Below are positions 32,739 through 41,594 of a DNA stretch of 64,000 bases, piece after piece. The notes beneath the pieces are model-generated. The model saw only the letters and a program-made list of their open reading frames with translations. It was not told the DNA's origin and searched no databases. Position numbers and translations under genes: made by a program. The DNA is from Candidatus Multivorans sp. (lineage in GTDB: Bacteria; Acidobacteriota; Thermoanaerobaculia; Multivoradales; Multivoraceae), in NCBI GenBank assembly GCA_965224025.1, contig OZ245033.1, positions 1,184,001-1,248,000 of the forward strand. Direction: 5' to 3'. Within the stretch, counting starts at the first letter, position 1. The number at the start of each line of letters is the position of its first letter.

Positions 32739-33314
32739 ATGACGACTTCGGAGAGAGGGATGAGCGGTTCGATGTCCGGTGCCTGTTCCCATGCCGAGTT
32801 GATCGACGCCTATGTCGACGGCGCCGTGAGCGAACCCGAGCGCGCGCAGGCGAAGCGGCACCTCGTGGAGTGCGCCCAGTGCCGCGACGAGGCGCGCGGG
32901 TTGGCCGCTCTGCGTGAACTCCTGGCCACGGAACGGCTCGCGCCCGAGCCGCTCGAGATCAATGTCCATGCGCCGTCGCGGGCTCGCGGGCGCAAGCCTG
33001 TGGCTGCGGCCGCTGCCCTGGTGGGGCTCTTCGGCGGCGCCCTGGCGGTGCTCGCCGGGCTGGCGCCCCAGGTCGAATCGGCGGCCGCCGCCGTGGCGAC
33101 GCTGTTCGACTTCACGGTCACCGTCGGGCTGGTCGGCGCCGGCCTGCTCGACGCCTCGTGGCGGGGGATGAGCGCGGCGGTGTCCTCGGTGCTCCAACCC
33201 GCGGCGCCCGGTCTGCTGTTCGGCGGCCTGACGGCCGCGGGCCTCACCGCGCTCCTGTTCTCCCTGCTCAGACGCGATTCCAGGGCGACGGCGCGGGAAC
33301 GGCAACGGCGCTGA
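32739..33314 (+). CDS. Zinc-finger anti-sigma factor (membrane)
   Basis: HLVECAQC (HxxxCxxC) plus TM helices, after sigma. Confidence 0.85.
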   Translation: MTTSERGMSGSMSGACSHAELIDAYVDGAVSEPERAQAKRHLVECAQCRDEARGLAALRELLATERLAPEPLEINVHAPSRARGRKPVAAAAALVGLFGGALAVLAGLAPQVESAAAAVATLFDFTVTVGLVGAGLLDASWRGMSAAVSSVLQPAAPGLLFGGLTAAGLTALLFSLLRRDSRATARERQRR

Positions 33315-33375
33315 CGGTCCCCGGTCGCGGCGCCTTCGCGCCGTGCCGCCATGGCGTGCGGCGCGGCCCTGACCG

Positions 33376-34374
33376 GTGCCGCCAGGGGCGCTACCGGCGC
33401 TACGATCGGCGTTCGTGACCAAACTCGCCGTGAAACGGCGGCGCCACGCCGTCCTGGGTCTTGTGGCCTGCGCCAGCTTCGCTTTCGCGGTCGCCGCCGG
33501 TTGCACGCCGCCCGAGCCGCCCGAGCCGCCCGCGGAGGGCGCCGAGGCCGCGATCGTCGTCGACGCCGAGGCGGTGATGCGGGATCAGGTCGTGGCGCTG
33601 GGGCGGGATCTGGAGCTGCACGGCGAGGCGCGCTCGGACGTCGTCGTCCTGAGCGGGGACGCCCGCATCGACGGCACGGTCGGGGGCGACGTGATCGTGC
33701 TCGGCGGCAATGTCCACCTGGGGCCGCCGGCCCGGCTGCGCGGCGACGTGTTCGTGCTGGGCGGCGAAGTGAACGCCGAGTCCGGGACCGCCGTGGAGGG
33801 CCGCACGGTGGCCTGGCCGCGGGCGCCGTCCTCGTGGCTCGTCCTCGCCGAGGGGCCGGTGATGGGCCGCTCGCCGCTGTCGCCCGCGGTGGCCATGCTC
33901 AACTTGGCGCTGCTGCTGGCCTGGTTGCTCGTGTCGGTGGCCCTGGTCTGGGGCTTCGACTCGTCGCTGACGGTGACCGCCCAGAGCGTCCTGGAACGGC
34001 CGTTCCGGAACTTCTTCGCCGGCCTGGTGGCGGTGCTCGCCGTGGGCGTGACCTTCGGCGTCCTGACCGCGGCGACGCCGGCCCTGGTTGGAGCGCCGCT
34101 GCTCGTCGTCTGTGCCGTGGCGGCCATGGTGTGCAAGCTGTGGGGCACGGTGGCGGTGTTCATGGCGCTGGGGGCGCGCCTGCTTCCGAACCGCGCGGGG
34201 ATCGCCGGCCGGCCGATGGCGGCCGTGCTCCTCGGACTCCTCGCTCTGGGTCTGGTCAAGATGGCGCCCTATCTGGGTGGATGGACCTGGACCATCGTCA
34301 CCTGCGTGGGGATCGGAGCGGCGCTGGACAGCAGGCTGGGGCGGCGTGAGCCGTGGTTTGACGGCTTGACCTGA
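33376..34374 (+). CDS. Membrane protein with bactofilin-like beta-helical repeats
   Basis: GDVIVLGG/GDVFVLGG repeats followed by several TM helices; start uncertain. Confidence 0.7.
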   Translation: MPPGALPALRSAFVTKLAVKRRRHAVLGLVACASFAFAVAAGCTPPEPPEPPAEGAEAAIVVDAEAVMRDQVVALGRDLELHGEARSDVVVLSGDARIDGTVGGDVIVLGGNVHLGPPARLRGDVFVLGGEVNAESGTAVEGRTVAWPRAPSSWLVLAEGPVMGRSPLSPAVAMLNLALLLAWLLVSVALVWGFDSSLTVTAQSVLERPFRNFFAGLVAVLAVGVTFGVLTAATPALVGAPLLVVCAVAAMVCKLWGTVAVFMALGARLLPNRAGIAGRPMAAVLLGLLALGLVKMAPYLGGWTWTIVTCVGIGAALDSRLGRREPWFDGLT

Positions 34375-34394
34375 GAACCACTGGCTGCGCCGGC

Positions 34395-34446
34395 CGTAGC
34401 GCGGGCCTTCTGGCCCGCGTCCCGGACGATGCCGCGCAGCGCCGCC
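34395..34446 (+). repeat. REP-like element
   Basis: CGTAG-CGCGGGCC-TTCT-GGCCCGCG. Confidence 0.7.
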
Positions 34447-34490
34447 TTCCGGGAGCCGCGAGCGACTATCAGGCGCTAGTCTCACCCGCG

Positions 34491-36326
34491 ATGTACTGCC
34501 AGGTATGCGGCACGCACAACGAGGACGACGCGGAGTACTGCCAGCGCTGCCGGCAGAAGTTGATGGTGCTCTCCGGCGCCTCCGCGCCGCCTGCGGAGTC
34601 GCTGGATGTCGGCGGCGAGGAGTTCTCGTTCGACGAGCACCTGCTGGAACGGATCTCGATCCTGGAGGAGGTGCTCAAACGCACGGGCGAAACCGTGCAG
34701 AAGGTTCTGAGCGCCATGCACCGGCAGGAGGAGAGCATTCTCGTCCACCACGCCGGCATGCTTGCGCTTCGCGATCTTCTTGAACGCCAGGAGCTGATCG
34801 AGGCGGCCGAGTGGAGCGATCTCTGGGAGTCCAAGATGGACTACCAATTCCTGGTGCTTGAGAAGCGGGAGCGGTTCGCGGCCGTCAAGGACCGGATCCT
34901 CGGGCTCTACGAGGGTCGGCGTCGCGCCGCCTTCGAACAGCTTCTCGACGAGGCGGAGTTTGCTCTGGGCGGCCTCGACCTGGCCAAGGCGATGGAAGCC
35001 CTCGAGAAGGCGGCCGCTGTCGACCGGGGCAATTTCGAACTGGCGCACTTCCTTGGTGAGTCCCACTTCCAGGAGGGACGCCTGGAGCGGGCGCTCGACT
35101 ACTGGCGCCGCGTGCTGGCGACCAAGCCGGACCATGTCCAGGGTCTGGTGTATAGCGGCGTGATTCGTCTTCAGCAGGGTGAAGAACAACGCGGCCAGGA
35201 ACTGCTGGAGCAGGCGGTGGTCCTCCATCAGGACGCCTTCCTGCCGCACTTCTGCCTCGGGGCGTCGCTGGCGGGCCGGGGCCAGTTGAAGTCGGCGGTG
35301 GCTTACCTGGAGCGCGCGGTCGAGATCGACGGGGTGCCGCAGGCGCTCTACCTGCTCGGCCGCTGCCGCTACGAGATGGGCCGGCTCGCGCCGGCGATCG
35401 AGTCGCTGGCGCAGGCGGTCCAGGTTGACCCGCTGTTCGAGGAATGCCACCACCTCCTCGGTCTCTGCTACCTGGACCGGGGCTGGAACCGCAAGGCCCT
35501 GACCGCGTTCCGCACCGCTCAGCAACTGAACCCGCGGCGGATGCGCTACCGCGATCTGGTCGCCTACCTCTCGGGCCGGACCGGTGCTGAGCTGCCGGCG
35601 ACCAGTCCGGCGGCTGCCGACTGGGTGAGCCGCGGCGAGGAGGCGATCGGCGCCGGCGACACGGCGGAGGCGCTGCGTTGCTACCGCAAGGCGCTCGCGC
35701 TCGATCCGGACAATCCGACCCTGCTGATGACCTACGCCCTGGCGTGCCTCCGGCTCGACCGCGGTCAGGAGATCGGTCAATTGACTCAGCGCGTGCTCGA
35801 TTCCGATGCCGGCGAGATGCTGCGCGCGACGGCCTACGCAACCCTGATCGAGTCTCTGCGCAGCGAGGGGAAGTACCGGGAGGGAAACAAGGTCGGACGC
35901 CGGCTGCTGGACGAAGGCGGGTCGAATTTCTCGAAGAGCATCGCCTACTACGAGATGGCCTACAACCTGGCCGAGATGGGCGAGGACCTGGACAAGGCCC
36001 TCGACTTCGCGCGCCGGTCCCTGGAGCACGCGCCGGAGGAGTTGCGTCAGTTTCCGCTCGCCGCGCTGGGCTGGGTCCACTACAAGCGCCAGGAGCTGGA
36101 TGAGGCGATCGACTTCCTGTCGCAGTCGACCGAGCTCGGACCGTCGACGACGGTGCTCACCCGGCTGGGCATGGCGCTGCTGGCATCCGGCGACGAGGAT
36201 CGGGCCCGCGGCGTGCTGGCCCGGGCACGCCGGCTCGACGATCGCCGTGGCGCGATCGAAGAGCGGATGATGGAGTTCATGAAAGACTCCGCGCGGATCA
36301 TCGAACGCGTGCGCGGTCGCGCCTAG
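34491..36326 (+). CDS. Zinc-ribbon + TPR repeat protein
   Basis: N-terminal CQVC..CQRC, multiple TPRs. Confidence 0.85.
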   Translation: MYCQVCGTHNEDDAEYCQRCRQKLMVLSGASAPPAESLDVGGEEFSFDEHLLERISILEEVLKRTGETVQKVLSAMHRQEESILVHHAGMLALRDLLERQELIEAAEWSDLWESKMDYQFLVLEKRERFAAVKDRILGLYEGRRRAAFEQLLDEAEFALGGLDLAKAMEALEKAAAVDRGNFELAHFLGESHFQEGRLERALDYWRRVLATKPDHVQGLVYSGVIRLQQGEEQRGQELLEQAVVLHQDAFLPHFCLGASLAGRGQLKSAVAYLERAVEIDGVPQALYLLGRCRYEMGRLAPAIESLAQAVQVDPLFEECHHLLGLCYLDRGWNRKALTAFRTAQQLNPRRMRYRDLVAYLSGRTGAELPATSPAAADWVSRGEEAIGAGDTAEALRCYRKALALDPDNPTLLMTYALACLRLDRGQEIGQLTQRVLDSDAGEMLRATAYATLIESLRSEGKYREGNKVGRRLLDEGGSNFSKSIAYYEMAYNLAEMGEDLDKALDFARRSLEHAPEELRQFPLAALGWVHYKRQELDEAIDFLSQSTELGPSTTVLTRLGMALLASGDEDRARGVLARARRLDDRRGAIEERMMEFMKDSARIIERVRGRA

Positions 36327-36458
36327 GAGCGTGCGCGGCAGAACTCCGGAGACCGGCGCTTCGCGCCGGATGCGGGCAGGATGCCCGCGTCCCCAGGTCA
36401 GATCGTTCTACCGCGCACGCGCCTAGCTGCTCCCGTACCGAACCGACCCGGCAAGACG

Positions 36459-38183
36459 ATGCGTTGGAGCAACTACTACCTGATCACTGCCCGCGAGGCG
36501 CCCCGGGACGCCGAGGTCGTCAGCCACCGGTTGATGGCCCGGGCAGGCCTGCTACGGCGACTGGCGGCGGGGATCTACACGCTGCAGCCGGCCGGTTGGC
36601 GGACGCTGCGCAAGCTGATGGCGATCGTCCGGCGCGAGATGGAGCGGGCCGGCGCGATCGAACTGTCGATGCCGGCGATCCAGCCCGCCGAGCTGTGGGA
36701 GGAGTCCGAACGCTGGTCCAAGTACGGGGTGGAGCTCCTGCGGATGGAGGACCGGCATGGCCGGCGGTTCTGCTTCGGTCCGACCCACGAGGAGGTGGTC
36801 ACCGATCTCGTCCGGCGCGACGTGAAGAGCTACCGCCAGTTGCCGATCAACCTGTTCCAGATCCAGACCAAGTTCAGGGACGAGATCCGGCCCCGCTTCG
36901 GGCTCATGCGGGGCCGCGAGTTCCTGATGAAGGACGCCTACTCGTTCGACACGGCGGAGGACAGTCTCGACCGGAGCTACCGGGCGATGCACGCCGCCTA
37001 CACGCGCATCTTCGAGGCCTGCGGTCTCGAGTACTCCGTGGTCGAAGCGGACTCCGGGACGATCGGCGGTTCGTCGTCGCACGAGTTCATGGTGCTCGCC
37101 GACACGGGTGAGAGCGCGGTCGCCAGTTGCGCCGCCTGCGGCTACGGCGCGAACGTGGAGCGGGCGGAGGTCGGCGAGCTCCCCGTGCCGGCCGCGAACG
37201 GCGGCGAGGCCCCGAGGGAGGTCACGACGCCGGGAACGACGACGGTGGCGCAGGTTGCCGAACTGCTCGAAGTCGAGCCGGCGCAGGTGGTCAAGACGCT
37301 GTTCTACGAGACGGACGACGGCCTGGCGGCGGTCGCGATCCGGGGCGACCGCGAGGTGAATGAGGTCAAGCTGCTGAACATTCTCGGCGGCCTCGGCCTG
37401 CGCCTGGCGACGGCCGAGCAGGTGGAGGCGGTGACCGGCGGTCCGCTCGGCTTCTCGGGTCCGGTCGGCCTTCCCGCCGACGTGCGCCTGATGGTCGATG
37501 AGTCGGCCCGTCCCCTGGCCGGCTTCGTCTGCGGCGCCAACCAGGGCGACCGGCACCTCGCCTCCGTGCGCTGGGACCGCGACGTGGCGAGCACGCGGCC
37601 GGTCGAGTGGGTGGACGTGATGACCGCCGCCCACGGCGATCCGTGCCCGCGCTGCAGCGCCGGCGAGCTGCGGCTCTCCCGCGGCATCGAGGTCGGCCAC
37701 ATCTTCAAGCTGGGCACGACCTACTCCGAGAAGATGAACTGCACCTTCACGGACGAGCACGGCCGCCTCCAACCGATGGAAATGGGCTGCTACGGCCTGG
37801 GTATCGGTCGCACCGCGGCGGCGGCGATCGAACAGGGCCACGACCGCGACGGCATCATCTGGCCCGAACCCTTGGCGCCGTTCAGGGTCGTTCTCAGTTC
37901 CCTCGATCCGGGCGACGAAGCGGTGCGCTCGGCCGCCGACGCGCTCTACGAGGAACTCGTGGACAAGCTCGGTCCGGCCGGTTTCGACGTGCTCTACGAC
38001 GACCGCGCGGAACGGCCGGGCGTCAAGTTCAAGGACGCCGACCTGGTGGGCTTCCCGGTCCGGATCGTGGTCGGCGCGCGCTCCCTCGCGACCGGTGGCG
38101 CCGAGGTCTCGAACCGGCGCGACGGCGAGCGCGAGGTGGTTGCGTTGGACGAGGTCTGCGAGGCTGTCCTCGGTCGGTTGTAG
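36459..38183 (+). CDS. proS: Proline--tRNA ligase
   Basis: GPTHEE, FRDEIRPRFGLMRGREF, insertion domain, GCYGLGIGR. Confidence 0.97.
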   Translation: MRWSNYYLITAREAPRDAEVVSHRLMARAGLLRRLAAGIYTLQPAGWRTLRKLMAIVRREMERAGAIELSMPAIQPAELWEESERWSKYGVELLRMEDRHGRRFCFGPTHEEVVTDLVRRDVKSYRQLPINLFQIQTKFRDEIRPRFGLMRGREFLMKDAYSFDTAEDSLDRSYRAMHAAYTRIFEACGLEYSVVEADSGTIGGSSSHEFMVLADTGESAVASCAACGYGANVERAEVGELPVPAANGGEAPREVTTPGTTTVAQVAELLEVEPAQVVKTLFYETDDGLAAVAIRGDREVNEVKLLNILGGLGLRLATAEQVEAVTGGPLGFSGPVGLPADVRLMVDESARPLAGFVCGANQGDRHLASVRWDRDVASTRPVEWVDVMTAAHGDPCPRCSAGELRLSRGIEVGHIFKLGTTYSEKMNCTFTDEHGRLQPMEMGCYGLGIGRTAAAAIEQGHDRDGIIWPEPLAPFRVVLSSLDPGDEAVRSAADALYEELVDKLGPAGFDVLYDDRAERPGVKFKDADLVGFPVRIVVGARSLATGGAEVSNRRDGEREVVALDEVCEAVLGRL

Positions 38184-38226
38184 CGGGAGGGCTGGGCCTC
38201 GGGCGCTACCGAGGAATCCCGGAACC

Positions 38227-38341
38227 GGAACCGGGGGTCGGAAGACCCCCGGCCACCGGCTAGCCATCTTCTTCGGCTGGCTCCACCCGCAACGCAACAA
38301 TCCGGTTCCCCGTGACCGGGGGTCTTCCGACCCCCGGCTCC
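38227..38341. repeat. Inverted pair of REP-like units (BIME-like) enclosing a duplicated gene end
   Basis: 38227-38256 and 38312-38341 are inverted copies (28/30), each an internal hairpin. Confidence 0.85.
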
Positions 38342-38345
38342 GGCT

Positions 38346-39695
38346 TCAGCCGTCGTCCTCCGCCAACTCCGGCATCACATCAACCCGCAACGCGACAATC
38401 CGGTTCCCCTCCACCTCCAACACCTCCAGCCGGAGCCGCCCGGCTTCGACGGCGTCGCCCGGTTCGGCGGTGCGGCCGAGTTCGGAGAGCGCGATGCCGG
38501 CCACGGTGTCCTCCTCGCGCGCATCGGCGATGTCGATCTCCAGTTCATCCTCGAGGTCGTCGATCAGCATCGCCCCGAGGACCTTGTAGCCGCCGTCGTC
38601 GAGGCGAACGAACTCGGGAACCTCGGCGTCGAACTCGTCCTGGATCTCGCCCACGATCTCCTCCAGGACGTTCTCCAGTGTGACGATGCCGGCAACGCCG
38701 CCGTACTCGTCCACGACTGCCACCATGTGGATGTGCTCATGGCGCATCCGGCCCATCAACTGATCCAGCGGCAGGGTCTCGGGCACGGCGAAGGTCTCGC
38801 GGGCGATGTCGCGTAGCGATGCCGGCGGATCCTCGGCGATGAACAGGTCCTTGATGTGGACCAGGCCGATCAGTTGGTCGAGGTCGACCTCGCAGAGCGG
38901 AAAGCGGGTATGGCCGCTCTGGCGTGCGCGGTCGAGATTCGCCTCCATCGAGGCGGTGGCGTCAAGGTAGACGACTTCGGTGCGGGGCACCATCACTTGG
39001 CGGGCGTTGCGGTCGGAGAGCTCGAACACGTTGTCGAGCAGTTCCCGCTTGGGCTCGGAGAGCTCGGTGTCCTGCTCGGAGGCGAGCAGTCGACGGATCT
39101 CCTCCTCGCTGTGGGCCAGTTCGCCGTGGCCCACCGGTTCGATGCCGAACAGGCGCAGGAAGGCGTTCGCCATCAAGTTCAGTACCCAGATCCCCGGGTA
39201 GGTGGCCCAGTAGAAGGCCCAGAGCGGTAGCGCCACCCACAGGCTGGTGGGCTCGGGCCTGCGAATCGCCAGTGACTTCGGCGCCAGTTCGCCGAGCACG
39301 ATGTGGAACATGCTGATGATCGCGAAGGCGACGATCAGGCTGATCGAGTGAGCCGCCTCCTCCGGCATGCTCGGCACGAGATCGAACACGGGCTGGAGGA
39401 GCCTGTTAACCGCCGGTTCACCGACGACTCCGAGACCGATGCTGGCGAGGGTGATACCGAGCTGGGTAGCCGACAGGTAGGCGTCGAGATGATCGATCAT
39501 TCGCTGCGCCATGCGACCCCGGAGCGTGTCCAGGTGTGCAGCGACCTGGGTCGGTCGGACCTTCACCAGCGCGAACTCGGCGGCGACGAAGAAGCCGTTC
39601 AAGCCGACCAGGAAGATGGCGAGGGTCAGGCCCCAGCCGAGGGGAAGGTCGAGGCTGATGGGCGGCCCGGTCGCCGCCAGGACGCCTGGCATCAT
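38346..39695 (-). CDS. Hemolysin-family / CNNM-CBS-CorC transporter
   Basis: NGFFVAAEFALV, GELAPK, VDEYGG..GIVTLENVLEEIVGEI.DE. Confidence 0.93.
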   Translation of the reverse strand: MMPGVLAATGPPISLDLPLGWGLTLAIFLVGLNGFFVAAEFALVKVRPTQVAAHLDTLRGRMAQRMIDHLDAYLSATQLGITLASIGLGVVGEPAVNRLLQPVFDLVPSMPEEAAHSISLIVAFAIISMFHIVLGELAPKSLAIRRPEPTSLWVALPLWAFYWATYPGIWVLNLMANAFLRLFGIEPVGHGELAHSEEEIRRLLASEQDTELSEPKRELLDNVFELSDRNARQVMVPRTEVVYLDATASMEANLDRARQSGHTRFPLCEVDLDQLIGLVHIKDLFIAEDPPASLRDIARETFAVPETLPLDQLMGRMRHEHIHMVAVVDEYGGVAGIVTLENVLEEIVGEIQDEFDAEVPEFVRLDDGGYKVLGAMLIDDLEDELEIDIADAREEDTVAGIALSELGRTAEPGDAVEAGRLRLEVLEVEGNRIVALRVDVMPELAEDDG

Positions 39696-39872
39696 CCGCG
39701 CTCAGCCCGAGGGCCGGCAAGGGGCCGCTGCCGTGAAGATGACGAGTCAGGCCGCGGCGAGCCGCGCTGATCGGAGTCCGGGTCGGGTTCGTCCGGACTG
39801 GAGCCGGATGGCGAAGGATCCGAAGCTTCGTCGTTCACGCTTGGAAAGCCTAGCACCCGGTGACTTGCGGCG

Positions 39873-41117
39873 TTAGTCGTGCCAGATCTGGGGTTCGCCC
39901 TGTCGCCGGACGTGGAGGCCGGCGGCCGCGATCGCCTCGATCAACTCTTGCACGTGCTTCGGGCCGCGCGTCTCCAGGCGCAGCTCGATGTGCACCTCGT
40001 TCAGGCCGAGGGCGGTGAAGGCGCGTTCGTGATGGGTCTCGATCACGTTGGCGCCGGTATCGCCGACCAGGTTGAGCAGCGCGCCCAGGGCGCCGGGCCG
40101 ATCCTTGACGCAGACATCGAGCTGCACCAGGCGACCGTCCTTGGTCAGGCCGCGCTCGATGATGCGGCTGAGCAGGGTGACGTCGATGTTGCCGCCAGTC
40201 AGGACCATCGCTGTCCGGAGTCCCTTTGCCTGCGGCACGTGGTCGTTGACGACGGCGGCCAGGACGGCGGCGCCGGCGCCCTCGACCACCGCCTTCTCGC
40301 GCTCGAGGAGCAGCAGCACGGCGTTGGCGATCTCCTCCTCGTCCACGGTCACCAGGTCGTCGACGAGTTCCTCGACCAGCTTGAGGGTCATGGCGGCCGG
40401 GCGCTTGACCGCGATGCCGTCGGCGATCGTGTGGCGGCGGTCGACGGCCACCGGCCCGCCGGCGGCGAGGCTCTCCCTCATCGACGGTACGGCCTCGGTC
40501 TGCACGCCGATGATCCGGGTTTGCGGCCGGTGCGCCTTGTACGCGGCGGCGATACCGGAGATCAGGCCGCCGCCCCCGACCGGCACCACGATGGCCTCGA
40601 GGTCGGGCTCCTGGGCCATCAGTTCGAAGCCGATCGTGCCTTGCCCGGCGATCACCTGGGCGTCGTCGAACGGATGCACGTAGGTCGCTCCGAGTTCCGC
40701 TTCCAGTTCGTGCGCGTGGGCCTGGGCATCGTCGAACGTCTCCCCGGCCAGCCGCACGTCGGCGCCGAAGCTGCGCGTGTTCGCGACCTTGATCAGCGGT
40801 GTCGGCAACGGCATGACCACGGTCGCTTCAAGTCCGAGCCGGCCGGCGTGGTAGGCGACCGCCTGCCCGTGGTTGCCGGCGGAGGCGGTGATCAGGCCCC
40901 GCTTCAGCTCCTCTTCGGAAAGTGTGAGGATGCGGTTCAGCGCCCCCCGCTCCTTGAACGAGCCGGTCATCTGGAGGTTCTCGAGCTTGAAGTAGGCGTC
41001 GAGACCGCAGAGCCGGGAGAAGTACTCCGACCGGGCGCATGGGCTGACGTAGACCTGATCGGCGATCCGCCTCCGCGCCTCTTCGATCAGCTCCGCCATC
41101 TGGAAAGCAGTCGTCAT
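39873..41117 (-). CDS. ilvA: Threonine ammonia-lyase with ACT domain
   Basis: ENLQMTGSFKERGA, SAGNHGQ, PVGGGGL. Confidence 0.93.
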   Translation of the reverse strand: MTTAFQMAELIEEARRRIADQVYVSPCARSEYFSRLCGLDAYFKLENLQMTGSFKERGALNRILTLSEEELKRGLITASAGNHGQAVAYHAGRLGLEATVVMPLPTPLIKVANTRSFGADVRLAGETFDDAQAHAHELEAELGATYVHPFDDAQVIAGQGTIGFELMAQEPDLEAIVVPVGGGGLISGIAAAYKAHRPQTRIIGVQTEAVPSMRESLAAGGPVAVDRRHTIADGIAVKRPAAMTLKLVEELVDDLVTVDEEEIANAVLLLLEREKAVVEGAGAAVLAAVVNDHVPQAKGLRTAMVLTGGNIDVTLLSRIIERGLTKDGRLVQLDVCVKDRPGALGALLNLVGDTGANVIETHHERAFTALGLNEVHIELRLETRGPKHVQELIEAIAAAGLHVRRQGEPQIWHD

Positions 41118-41205
41118 CGCCCGATTCTGCAACAAAGCGGCTGCCGGGTCGTGTTCCGAAGGCGCCGGCGCGGCGCTCCGACGCGGCGACGCGGCGTCCC
41201 TTACG

Positions 41206-41235
41206 TTGACACGGCAACTGTCCCCTTTGTACCGT
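41206..41235 (+). promoter_or_regulatory. Sigma-70 promoter for the tRNA-Val/thrS unit
   Basis: TTGACA-18 nt-TACCGT upstream of the tRNA. Confidence 0.5.
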
Positions 41236-41282
41236 TGCGCCTTCTCGCGGCGGCCATTGCCGGCTACTCGGTCGCGGGGTTC

Positions 41283-41359
41283 AGGCCCGTAGCTCAGTTG
41301 GTTAGAGCGCTACGTTGACATCGTAGAGGTCAGCGGTTCGAGTCCGCTCGGGCCTACCA
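41283..41359 (+). tRNA. tRNA-Val(GAC)
   Basis: AGGCCCG/CGGGCCT acceptor, CTACG-TTGACAT-CGTAG anticodon arm, GGTTCGA T-loop, CCA. Confidence 0.97.
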
Positions 41360-41360
41360 G

Positions 41361-41413
41361 GGTTCGAGTCCGCTCGAACTGCACCAAGGTTCGAGCTTGC
41401 TCGGACCTCCGCA
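41361..41413 (+). repeat. Two degenerate copies of the tRNA-Val 3' end
   Basis: GGTTCGAGTCCGCTCGAACTGCACCA and GGTTCGAGCTTGCTCGGACCTCCGCA. Confidence 0.8.
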
Positions 41414-41439
41414 GACATGGGCCGTTCGGTCTGTGACTC

Positions 41440-41516
41440 AGGCGCTTAGCTCAGTTGGTTAGAGCGCTACCTTCACACGGTAGAGGTCAGCGGTTCGAGT
41501 CCGCTAGCGCCTACCA
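41440..41516 (+). tRNA. tRNA-Val(CAC)
   Basis: AGGCGCT/AGCGCCT acceptor, CTACC-TTCACAC-GGTAG, CCA. Confidence 0.97.
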
Positions 41517-41594
41517 TCGCGGTGTCGGCAGGAAGAACTTACCGCCCGCGATACACCAGACGGAACCCGCTTTTACACCACAGGTGATTGACCG

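Noticed and set aside
36306-36338. Another duplicated gene end (GCGTGCGCGG twice) after the TPR gene
   Set aside because: Only 10 bp of GC-rich sequence; cannot be distinguished from chance
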